From NCBI GenBank assembly GCA_947087145.1, contig CAMUBM010000001.1, positions 1 to 29,115 of the forward strand: 29,115 bases of DNA, read 5' to 3'. Each line of letters opens with the position of its first letter. The first letter of the stretch is position 1. Positions 16,813-25,172 of this stretch are shown one piece after another. Source of the DNA: an uncultured Mycoplasmatota bacterium. Its GTDB lineage: Bacteria; Bacillota_I; Bacilli_A; RF39; UBA660. Position numbers and translations under genes: made by a program. The notes below the pieces were generated by a model. It was not told where the DNA came from and did no database searches. It saw only the letters and a program-made list of their open reading frames with translations.

Positions 16813-16832
16813 ATCTTCTTTTGTTGAAAACC

Positions 16833-16860
16833 TTGTACTTTCGTATTTTTAAATTATAAT
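16833..16860 (+). promoter_or_regulatory. Sigma-A promoter for the peptide mRNA (copy B)
   Basis: TTGTAC, 16 bp, TATAAT, as in copy A. Confidence 0.7.
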
Positions 16861-16956
16861 AACGACTCGAGTTATCCAGAAAAGTAGCGTTTGCTTCATT
16901 TCAATTTTTACTTAGAGGTTTTAGTAAATCGAAAGGTAAGAAAGCGAGTGTTGTAT

Positions 16957-17019
16957 ATGAAAAAAGATTCTAATATTACATGGGTATGTTTTGTTTTAGT
17001 AATACTAAAGTTAATATAA
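16957..17019 (+). CDS. 20-aa hydrophobic peptide MKKDSNITWVCFVLVILKLI (paralogue of the 28-aa peptide)
   Basis: Aligns to copy A with an in-frame 8-codon gap; shares MKKDS, LVI and L[R/K]LI-stop. Confidence 0.6.
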   Translation: MKKDSNITWVCFVLVILKLI

Positions 17020-17090
17020 AAAGTGCGATATCCAAACACCATAGGTTTTACTCGATGTTCGGTATAGCGGTTTACAAAAACTGTAAGGCG
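17018..17090 (-). ncRNA. Putative antisense sRNA of copy B (5'-shortened; ends approximate)
   Basis: Minus-strand hairpin CCGAACATC/GGTGTTTGG followed by TTTTT over the peptide stop. TTGTAT -35 kept at 17120-17125; only a weak -10 (TAATTT, 17097-17102). Confidence 0.4.
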
Positions 17091-17142
17091 TTATTGAAAT
17101 TACATGATTATGTGTTTGAATACAAGCCTCGCTTAAAAAAAA

Positions 17143-17185
17143 TAACAAAACTGTAATATTGGAAAGAAAAAGAAAATGCTATAAT
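17143..17185 (+). promoter_or_regulatory. ABC-transporter promoter with candidate Bce-type response regulator site
   Basis: TAACA-N4-TGTAA (17143-17156) just upstream of a poor -35, and extended -10 TGCTATAAT (17177-17185). Confidence 0.45.
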
Positions 17186-17207
17186 TTACTAGAAAGAAGG
17201 AATTATA

Positions 17208-17975
17208 GTGGAGATTTTAAAAATAGAAGATTTAAAAAAATATTATGGAAAAAAGAGTAGTATTATCACCAAAGCCATCAATGGCATTAGTTTAGAAGTA
17301 CAAAATCAAGAATTTGTTGCCATTATGGGTGCATCAGGTTCAGGGAAAACTACTCTTTTAAACTGCTTATCCACAATTGATACAGTAACAAGTGGCCACA
17401 TTTATATAGATGGGCAAGATATCACAGAATTAGAAAACGACGAACTTTCAGACTTCCGGCGAGAAAAACTAGGCTTTATCTTTCAAGACTTTAATCTTTT
17501 GGATACTTTAACCATAGAAGAAAACATTGCTCTTTCTTTAATTATCAACAAAACAGATCCAAAATTCGTAAACAATGCTGTAAAAGACATCGCAGGAAGA
17601 TTAGACATTGCAAACATTCTAAAAAAGTTTCCATATGAAGTCTCTGGTGGACAAAAACAACGTTGTGCCTGTGCAAGAGCCCTAATCAATCATCCAAAAC
17701 TCATACTTGCCGACGAACCAACAGGTGCACTAGACTCTAGATCAGCAAGACTGCTTTTAGAAACAATGTGGGAAATGAATGAAAATTTAAATGCTACCAT
17801 ATTAATGGTCACCCATGATGCTTTCTCTGCGAGTTTCTGTAAAAGAGTACTATTTTTAAAAGACGGAAAAATATTCAATGAAATCCAAAAAGGAGACAGC
17901 CCAAGAAAAGAATTTTTTGAAGAAATATTAGACGTTCTAACTCTTATGGGAGGAGATCTAAACGATGTTAAGTAA
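17208..17975 (+). CDS. ABC transporter ATP-binding protein, BceA-like
   Basis: GASGSGKTT, GFIFQDFNLLDTLT, VSGGQKQR, LADEPTGALDS, MVTHD. Confidence 0.93.
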   Translation: MEILKIEDLKKYYGKKSSIITKAINGISLEVQNQEFVAIMGASGSGKTTLLNCLSTIDTVTSGHIYIDGQDITELENDELSDFRREKLGFIFQDFNLLDTLTIEENIALSLIINKTDPKFVNNAVKDIAGRLDIANILKKFPYEVSGGQKQRCACARALINHPKLILADEPTGALDSRSARLLLETMWEMNENLNATILMVTHDAFSASFCKRVLFLKDGKIFNEIQKGDSPRKEFFEEILDVLTLMGGDLNDVK

Positions 17976-19989
17976 GCTTTCCCTTAGAAATGTAAAAAGA
18001 AGTCTTAAAGATTATTTAATTTATATGGTAACCATTACTCTTTCTTTTTCTCTTATCTTTTCATTCAATTTAATTGCTTTTTCGCGCGACTTAACAGAAC
18101 TATCCGAACATATGGAAAATTTTAAATATGCTATTCTTTTTGTAAGTATGATTGTCATATTTGTAGTGGGATGGTTAATCAATTACACCATGCATTTTAT
18201 GTTTGAAAAAAGAAGCAAAGAATTTGGTACTTACATGCTCTTAGGAATTAAAAAGAAAGAAATCAATAAACTTTTTTTATTAGAAAATATTTTTCTAGGC
18301 AGTATCGCCGTCGTACTTTCTTTTTTTATCGGAACATTGTTTTCCATTTTACTTTCTGCTATCATTATGAACATTTTTGAAATGCCTTATCAAATTGCCC
18401 TTTCCATACATATTACTCCTATACTTGTCTCTCTTACTTATTTTCTTTTCATTTATATATTTGTCTTATTAAGAAGCAAAAGAAGAATAAAAAAAATGAA
18501 TATTTATGATTTACTTTACCTCGAAAAACAAAATGAACAAAAAATGTCTAAAAAAACCAGAAGTTGGACTTTTATACTAGCAAGTTCTTTAGGAGGGTTA
18601 GGACTTTTACTATTTGATTATGCCTTTAAAATAGTGGAAGAACCTACTATGATGATTCCTTTCTTTCTCTCTATTCTTTTACTGGGGATAAGTATTTATG
18701 GCCTAACCCTATCGATAGGAGAATTTCTATTAAACTATTGTTTAAAACACGAAAAAATAAAATACAAAAAAGACAACTTATTTATCACTAGGAATTTTTC
18801 TGCCAAAGTAGGTACAATGGGAATTACATTAGGAACACTTGCTTTGTTATCCACACTGACACTCTTATGTCTAAACGTTTCCGCGTCTTTTAAAGATGCT
18901 TTTGAAAACCAAGTGAATACGCGAATTCCTTATGATATTGTAATGAATAAAATTTATTCCGAAACAGGTGCCTTACATCCCAATATACAAAATAAAGATT
19001 ACCAAAAAAAATACCAAGAAAGTCATGAGTACATTGAAAAAAGGGTAGGAATAAAAGAAGAACTAATCTACAACATCTATGTTAAATCAGTAAATATCGA
19101 CGATGCAGTAATAGCAAAAAAACTATCTAGTGTAAATGGAAAACTAACCTTTCAAAATGACTTATTCATAAAACTAAGTGACTACAATAAACTACAAAAA
19201 ATGCTAAATAGGAGTGAAATTACTTTAAATGAAAACGAATACTTTTTACATTATTATAAAGAATTAAGAAATTGGTTTGAACAATTGAAAAAAGAAGATT
19301 TAAATGTAGAAATAAATGGAAAAACACTGCATTGTAAAGAAATGACCGATAAAAACTATGTAAGTTCTTGGAACTCCAGTTATTATCTCCTTGTTGTCCC
19401 CGACGAATATGTGAATAATATGTTGATTGAAAATGCAATAAATGCTATCAACACAGAAAAAGAAATCACGACTTCCGTGGTAGAAGAATTAAAAAATAAA
19501 GTAGGAAATTTAGAAATAACGAGTAGCATAAATGGAGAAGACTACACCATTGCTATAGACACAATGATTATAAGAGCAGAAGTTTTAGCCCAAAATCGTT
19601 CTGCCATAACAATATTTTCTTTTTCCTTAACTTATTTAGCTCTAGTATTCATCGCTGTGGTAGGAACCATCCTCTCTATCCAAACCTTATCAGATGCTAC
19701 GAAATACAAATATCGATATGACATCTTAAAGAAACTAGGAGTAAGAGAAAAAGAAATCGACAAAACCATATTAAAACAAGTTACTATGAACTTTATATTC
19801 CCCATTGTCTATCCCTTACTCATTGCAGTGATAACCACATTCTCCTTAAATAGACTTTTTTTTAACATATCAAGTGAAGAACATACCTATCTTTATTCCT
19901 TAGGAAACTCTATATTCTTATTTCTACTAATTTATGGTATTTATTTTCTAGCTACATACATTGGTTTTAAGAAAAATAAAAGTGAATAA
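17965..19989 (+). CDS. ABC transporter permease, BceB-like
   Basis: KRSKEFGTYMLLG, multiple TMs flanking a large extracellular loop, KYRYDILKKLG, NFIFP. Confidence 0.9.
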   Translation: MLSKLSLRNVKRSLKDYLIYMVTITLSFSLIFSFNLIAFSRDLTELSEHMENFKYAILFVSMIVIFVVGWLINYTMHFMFEKRSKEFGTYMLLGIKKKEINKLFLLENIFLGSIAVVLSFFIGTLFSILLSAIIMNIFEMPYQIALSIHITPILVSLTYFLFIYIFVLLRSKRRIKKMNIYDLLYLEKQNEQKMSKKTRSWTFILASSLGGLGLLLFDYAFKIVEEPTMMIPFFLSILLLGISIYGLTLSIGEFLLNYCLKHEKIKYKKDNLFITRNFSAKVGTMGITLGTLALLSTLTLLCLNVSASFKDAFENQVNTRIPYDIVMNKIYSETGALHPNIQNKDYQKKYQESHEYIEKRVGIKEELIYNIYVKSVNIDDAVIAKKLSSVNGKLTFQNDLFIKLSDYNKLQKMLNRSEITLNENEYFLHYYKELRNWFEQLKKEDLNVEINGKTLHCKEMTDKNYVSSWNSSYYLLVVPDEYVNNMLIENAINAINTEKEITTSVVEELKNKVGNLEITSSINGEDYTIAIDTMIIRAEVLAQNRSAITIFSFSLTYLALVFIAVVGTILSIQTLSDATKYKYRYDILKKLGVREKEIDKTILKQVTMNFIFPIVYPLLIAVITTFSLNRLFFNISSEEHTYLYSLGNSIFLFLLIYGIYFLATYIGFKKNKSE

Positions 19990-20038
19990 GTTCAATTTTT
20001 CTAAACGTGCTATAATAAAAGAAAGAAAGGTGATTTTT

Positions 20039-20695
20039 TTGACCATCCTAATTATTGAAGACGAAAAAACAATTCGAGAAAATATCCAAGAATTATTAAA
20101 CAAAAATGGCTACCAAACTCTTGCTACCCAAAATGGCGAAGACACATTACAAGTAGTAGAAAAAGAAAATCTTCAACTCGTTTTACTAGACATTCATTTA
20201 CCCTTAGAAGATGGGTTTTCTTTATGTAAAAAAATAAAGAAAATAAAAAACATTCCTGTCATTTTTTTAACCAGTGACTCCAGAAGCAAAAGTGAATTAA
20301 AAAGCATTCAAGTCGGAGGGATTGACTACATCACAAAACCATTCTCTAAAGGAATTCTTTTAGAAAAAATAAAAAGAGCAACAAAGAAAAATCCTTTGGA
20401 TTACAAAGAAATCACTAAAGAAGAATATACCTTAGATTTACACTTATCTATCTTAAAATACAAGAAAAAAGAAATCGAACTTACGCGAAACGAATTTCGC
20501 ATTTTGTACTACTTTTTTACCAATGAAAAACGCATTATTACCAAAGAAGAATTATTAGAATATTTATGGAATGATAAATACTACCTAGACGAAAACATTC
20601 TTACCGTAAATTTAGGTCGCTTAAGAAAAAAAGCAAAAGAGATAGGAATAGAAGAACTGATTAAAACAGAAAGAAAAAAAGGTTATACTTTATGA
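20039..20695 (+). CDS. OmpR-family response regulator, BceR/GraR-like
   Basis: ILIIEDE, LLDIHLP, DYITKPF, DENILTVNLGRLRKK. Start reassigned to TTG 20039 behind AAGGTGA; own TGCTATAAT at 20008-20016. Confidence 0.9.
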   Translation: MTILIIEDEKTIRENIQELLNKNGYQTLATQNGEDTLQVVEKENLQLVLLDIHLPLEDGFSLCKKIKKIKNIPVIFLTSDSRSKSELKSIQVGGIDYITKPFSKGILLEKIKRATKKNPLDYKEITKEEYTLDLHLSILKYKKKEIELTRNEFRILYYFFTNEKRIITKEELLEYLWNDKYYLDENILTVNLGRLRKKAKEIGIEELIKTERKKGYTL

Positions 20696-21708
20696 AATTT
20701 TTACAAATGCTAGAAGAGAAAATAGTTTTTCTTCTTTTTCAAATAACTTTTATTTTTACAATTGGTATTTTTTTAAACGTATTTGGAATTCCTAAACTTT
20801 ACATCTTTACTTTTATTATCATTTTTATCACTTTTACTTTCCTTTATTTAGGTATCTATTTTTATCAAATAAAGCAAAAAGAAAATCGCATAAAACAGCA
20901 ACTTTTGTCTTTAGAAGAAAAATATCTGATAGCAGAAGTATTAGAACGCCCAAAAAATTTAGAAAACCAAGGCTATTACAATGCATTAAAAAAAGCTTGT
21001 AAAGCCATGAATGATAAGATTACCCACTTAGAAAAAGAGCAAAAAGAATACGAAGAATATATTGAAAGCTTTGCACATGAAATGAAAACACCCATCGCTG
21101 TACTATCTTTAGAAACAGAAAAGAAAAAAGAAAAGCTTTTACAAGAAGAAATAAAAAAAATAGACAACTTAGTAGAACAAATGCTTTACTACGCCAGAAT
21201 GAAAACGACGGAAAAAGATTATTTTGTAAAAAAATTAGACTTAGAAGAAGTAGTGCATGCCGTTTTACTAGAATACAAAGACTATGTATTAAAACAAAAA
21301 ATCACTTTAGAAGTAAGAAATACAAGCCAAAATGTGTACACCGACGAAAAATGGTTGTCTTTTATTCTATCTCAAATCCTTCAAAATGCAATAAAATACC
21401 AAAATAAAACCAATAAGAAGATCAAAATAGAAGCCAAAGAACAAGAAAACAAATGTATATTACAAATAGAAGATAATGGTTGTGGTATTGCTAAAAAAGA
21501 TATTATTAGAATTTTTGAACCATCATTTACAGGAGACAATAGAAAAAATAAACAAGCAACAGGAATGGGTTTGTATTTAGCAAAAAAACTCTGTGATAAA
21601 TTAGGATTAAAATTAATAGTAACTTCAATAGAAAACAAATACACACGTGTAGAAATTGTTTTTCCCAAAGGGAAAATGCATAACTTAGAACAAACAACAA
21701 AGTTTTAA
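20692..21708 (+). CDS. Intramembrane-sensing histidine kinase, BceS/GraS-like
   Basis: Two adjacent N-terminal TMs with no sensor loop; FAHEMKTP, QILQNAIKY, DNGCGI, FTG, GMGLYL. Confidence 0.92.
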   Translation: MKFLQMLEEKIVFLLFQITFIFTIGIFLNVFGIPKLYIFTFIIIFITFTFLYLGIYFYQIKQKENRIKQQLLSLEEKYLIAEVLERPKNLENQGYYNALKKACKAMNDKITHLEKEQKEYEEYIESFAHEMKTPIAVLSLETEKKKEKLLQEEIKKIDNLVEQMLYYARMKTTEKDYFVKKLDLEEVVHAVLLEYKDYVLKQKITLEVRNTSQNVYTDEKWLSFILSQILQNAIKYQNKTNKKIKIEAKEQENKCILQIEDNGCGIAKKDIIRIFEPSFTGDNRKNKQATGMGLYLAKKLCDKLGLKLIVTSIENKYTRVEIVFPKGKMHNLEQTTKF

Positions 21709-21754
21709 AAAATAATATTTATATGATATAATGAACGAAAGAGAGGAGTAAAAA

Positions 21755-22207
21755 ATGAAAAAAATAATTTATGTATTGTGTATGTTTGCTTTTTGTTTTG
21801 TTCTAACAGGTTGTGGAGAAAAAAATATCGAAGGAACTTTGCCAGACATTATGACAAAACTTTATGAGGGAATAAGCGAAGAGGAAAAGCCAATGATGCT
21901 AGATAACATAGAATTAAATAGTGAAAATTTTGAATACTATGCATTTGCTGATGTAAAATACAAAGAAGCTATTGCGAGTGAAGCCATGACAGGAGCAACC
22001 CCTCACTCTGTTGTACTAATTCGTTTAGAAAACGCAAAAGACAGTGAACAAGTAGTAAAAGAAATCAAAGAAAAAGCAAACCCTCGCAAATGGATTTGTG
22101 TAGAGGCAGAAAATACGTATGTAGTATCGAAAGGAGATTTAGTTGTACTGATTATGTCCAATGAATTAGCTCCTAAAATAAAAGAAAATTTTGAAAAATT
22201 AAGTTAG
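21755..22207 (+). CDS. Lipoprotein of unknown function, first gene of the MBOAT operon
   Basis: Signal peptide with lipobox VLTGC. Confidence 0.8.
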   Translation: MKKIIYVLCMFAFCFVLTGCGEKNIEGTLPDIMTKLYEGISEEEKPMMLDNIELNSENFEYYAFADVKYKEAIASEAMTGATPHSVVLIRLENAKDSEQVVKEIKEKANPRKWICVEAENTYVVSKGDLVVLIMSNELAPKIKENFEKLS

Positions 22208-22215
22208 GAGAAAGT

Positions 22216-23589
22216 ATGATATTTTCAAGCATAAGCTTTCTCTTCTTTTTTTTGCCTTGCTTACTTTTTTGTTACTTCTTCGTTCCTCAAAAAGGTAAAA
22301 ATGTTGTCTTACTTCTATTTAGTCTTTTCTTTTATTATTTCGGTGAAAAAAACACTCTCTTTTTATTACTCACCATTTGTTTTGTGAATTACTTTTTAGG
22401 ACGAACTATTGAAAAATCCCAAAAGAAAATATGGTTTATTTCAGGAATTGTAATCAATATTTGCCTTCTTTTTTACTATAAATACACCAATTTCTTCTTA
22501 GAAACAGCTTTTTCTCTGTTACACCAAAAAGCACCTTTTTTAAATATTGTTCTACCATTAGGCATTAGTTTTTTTACTTTTCAAAACATAAGTTATTTGT
22601 GTGATGTCTATAAAAAGGAAGTGCCTAGTCAAAAAAATTTTTTTACATATACCTTATACATCACCTTATTTCCACAATTAATAGCAGGACCCATTGTACG
22701 ATACAAAGATATAAATAAAGAACTGGAAAATAGAAAAGAAAATAGCAAAACATTTAGTGAAGGTATCGCAAGATTAATTATAGGACTTGGAAAAAAAGTC
22801 ATTTTAGCAGATGGTATGTATTATTTTAGTACACAATTACTACAAGAAGACATGTCCTTTCTTTCCTATTGGTTTGTAGCTTTGAGTTTTCTATTCCAAA
22901 TCTATTATGACTTTTCAGGGTATTCAGACATGGCAATAGGACTTGGAAAAATGTTTGGATTTCATTTCAAAGAGAACTTTGATTATCCACTCATTGCCAC
23001 ATCCATTACCGATTTTTGGAAAAGGTGGCATATTTCATTGACTAGTTTTTTAAAAGATTATGTCTATATCCCTTTGGGAGGAAATCGTACCACAAGAGCA
23101 AAAAATATTCGAAATCTAAGTATTGTTTGGTTTTTAACAGGATTTTGGCATGGTGCCAGTTGGAATTTTATTCTCTGGGGAATGTATTTTTTCTGTTTAT
23201 TAATAATAGAAAAGTTCCTTCTAAAAAAATATCTAAAAAAAGGACTTTTCTCTCGAATTTATACCCTATTCTTTATCTGTATTAGTTTTGTTCTATTTCA
23301 TTTTACAGATATAAATGAATTAGCCGTGTTTCTAAAAGGAATGTTTACAATAACCTTTAAAAACAATGGAATGGCATTTTATTATTTAAAAAATTATGGC
23401 ATGCTTTTTCTTTTTGCTATTCTAGGATGCAGTCCATATTTAAAAAATACAATAAAAAAATTACAGAAAGGAAAAGAAAGGAAATGGTTGAATATCCTTT
23501 CCGTAGGATACCTCTTACTACTATTTTTACTAGCAGTTGCTAAAATAGTAAGTAATTCTTTTCAACCATTTATTTACTTTCGCTTTTAA
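22216..23589 (+). CDS. MBOAT family O-acyltransferase (AlgI/DltB/PatA-like)
   Basis: LPLGISFFTFQ, FPQLIAGPIVRY, YDFSGYSDMAIG, FWKRWHISL, GFWHGASWNF. Confidence 0.93.
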   Translation: MIFSSISFLFFFLPCLLFCYFFVPQKGKNVVLLLFSLFFYYFGEKNTLFLLLTICFVNYFLGRTIEKSQKKIWFISGIVINICLLFYYKYTNFFLETAFSLLHQKAPFLNIVLPLGISFFTFQNISYLCDVYKKEVPSQKNFFTYTLYITLFPQLIAGPIVRYKDINKELENRKENSKTFSEGIARLIIGLGKKVILADGMYYFSTQLLQEDMSFLSYWFVALSFLFQIYYDFSGYSDMAIGLGKMFGFHFKENFDYPLIATSITDFWKRWHISLTSFLKDYVYIPLGGNRTTRAKNIRNLSIVWFLTGFWHGASWNFILWGMYFFCLLIIEKFLLKKYLKKGLFSRIYTLFFICISFVLFHFTDINELAVFLKGMFTITFKNNGMAFYYLKNYGMLFLFAILGCSPYLKNTIKKLQKGKERKWLNILSVGYLLLLFLLAVAKIVSNSFQPFIYFRF

Positions 23590-23591
23590 TA

Positions 23592-24650
23592 ATGAAAGAA
23601 AAATTTTTATCCATTACTTTCGTCGGCATACTATTTATTTTTTTCGCTTTGGGAATTATTTTCAAAGACCAAAAAATATCTTTATTAGAACGCAGATACC
23701 TAACAACCAAAGAAACTTTAAATAAAGACCCTTTTACTAATTTAGATGCATATTTGAGCGATCAATTTCCTTTTCGAAATACATTTCTTTCTTTGTACTC
23801 CTTTTTTGATAGAGTGATTTTAGGAAACAAAGAAAATAATAATATTTATAAAAAAGGGAAAGTTTTAATTGAAAAAAACTATCCTTTACAAGAAAAAAAT
23901 ATTGAAAAATTTAGTCAAAAAATAAACACTATTGCAGAAAAATATTTAAACAAGGATAATCGTGTTTTTTATGCTCTTCTTCCTGATAAAAGTTATTTTT
24001 TAGAGGAAAAAGAATACCAAAAATTAGATTTCCAAAAACTAATAAAGAAAGTAGAAAAAGAAATTGTCTTTCCTTATATAGATCTAATTCCTTTATTTCA
24101 GTTACAAGATTATTACAATACCGATATTCATTTAAAGCAAGAAGCTTACCAAAAAGTAGTAGAAGTTTTAGCCAAAAACTATAATTTTTCCCTACAAAAC
24201 ATATTCTGGGAACAACAAAAAAATAACAATTTTTATGGTTCCTCTTACGCCAAAGGTGCGTATTTTGCAAAACCAGAAGAATTAAATTTTTACACCAATG
24301 CGTGGACAGAACAAGCGGATGTCTGGCATTTAGAATACGGAAAGAAAAAAGTATACGATCAAGAAGAATTGGCTAGTTTGGACGCCTACAATGTATTCTT
24401 AAGTGGGCCCAGTGCCTATGTGGAAATAAATAGTCCCAATGCCTTATCTGAAAAAGAACTCATTTTATTTCGAGATTCTTTTGGAAGTAGTTTAGCCCCT
24501 TTGCTTCTCCCTTATTACAAAAAAATAACTCTCATTGACCTACGATACACCTCTATGGATAAAATAGAACAATACTTAGACTTTAATCACCAAGATGTTT
24601 TATTTCTATACAGCACATTATTAGTAAATAAAAGTAATCTTTTAAAATAA
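23592..24650 (+). CDS. DHHW-family / AlgJ-like extracellular O-acetyltransferase partner
   Basis: N-terminal TM, ERRYL, DQFPFR, YYNTDIHL (DHHW-equivalent), FRDSFG, LIDLRY. Confidence 0.8.
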   Translation: MKEKFLSITFVGILFIFFALGIIFKDQKISLLERRYLTTKETLNKDPFTNLDAYLSDQFPFRNTFLSLYSFFDRVILGNKENNNIYKKGKVLIEKNYPLQEKNIEKFSQKINTIAEKYLNKDNRVFYALLPDKSYFLEEKEYQKLDFQKLIKKVEKEIVFPYIDLIPLFQLQDYYNTDIHLKQEAYQKVVEVLAKNYNFSLQNIFWEQQKNNNFYGSSYAKGAYFAKPEELNFYTNAWTEQADVWHLEYGKKKVYDQEELASLDAYNVFLSGPSAYVEINSPNALSEKELILFRDSFGSSLAPLLLPYYKKITLIDLRYTSMDKIEQYLDFNHQDVLFLYSTLLVNKSNLLK

Positions 24651-24654
24651 AGAA

Positions 24655-24924
24655 TTAAGATTTCATTTTGGCGTACATTTCAACTCTTTTGGGTAATTTC
24701 TTAGCTAATTTTGCTGTTCTTTCACTAAATAAATCTCTAGGTGCAACACCGAAAGAAGATGCAATCAAATCAATCGTTTCACAAGTGAGATTAAAAGAAC
24801 CAGCTTCAATATAATTAATATCAAATACATCAAACTTTATGGTGTTAGCATAATATTCTTGTGTCCATCCCTTTTGATAACGAAGCCATTTCATATTAAG
24901 GCCTACTAATTCCATCGATTTCAT
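24655..24924 (-). CDS. XRE-family helix-turn-helix transcriptional regulator
   Basis: GLNMKWLRYQKGWTQE...YIEAG...IASSFGVAPRDLF. Start reassigned to ATG 24924, 8 nt behind GGAG. Confidence 0.8.
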   Translation of the reverse strand: MKSMELVGLNMKWLRYQKGWTQEYYANTIKFDVFDINYIEAGSFNLTCETIDLIASSFGVAPRDLFSERTAKLAKKLPKRVEMYAKMKS

Positions 24925-25116
24925 AATCATTACTCCTTCTACCTTATCCTTTTTATAAACCTGCAATTTATTCCTTATAAAAATTATAAAATTATAAATA
25001 AAATAAAGCAATCTTTATTAAAAATATTTAAAGTTAATATCAAGTTTATCAATATAAATTTAACCAAAAGGAATACATTCTTTTCAATATTTACTAAAAA
25101 TTTCCACCCGCAAAAC

Positions 25117-25156
25117 CAAACAAATGTTTGAAAATACAAAATTTTTGTAGTACAAT
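25117..25156 (+). promoter_or_regulatory. Sigma-A promoter with LexA/DinR-like box over the -35 and a second palindrome in the spacer
   Basis: CAAACAAATGTTTG (25117-25130); TTGAAA, 17 bp, TACAAT; TACAAAA-T-TTTTGTA (25135-25149). Confidence 0.6.
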
Positions 25157-25172
25157 ATTTCTGGTGATATCC

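Larger units (their letters stand above)
16821..17126 (+). repeat. Copy B of the two-copy intergenic element; putative type I toxin-antitoxin locus
   Basis: Co-linear homology to the reverse complement of 4150-4500, using the shared blocks listed for copy A. Confidence 0.9.

Noticed and set aside
22216-24650. dlt operon
   Set aside because: No D-alanine ligase, carrier protein or DltD; the partner gene is DHHW/AlgJ-like.
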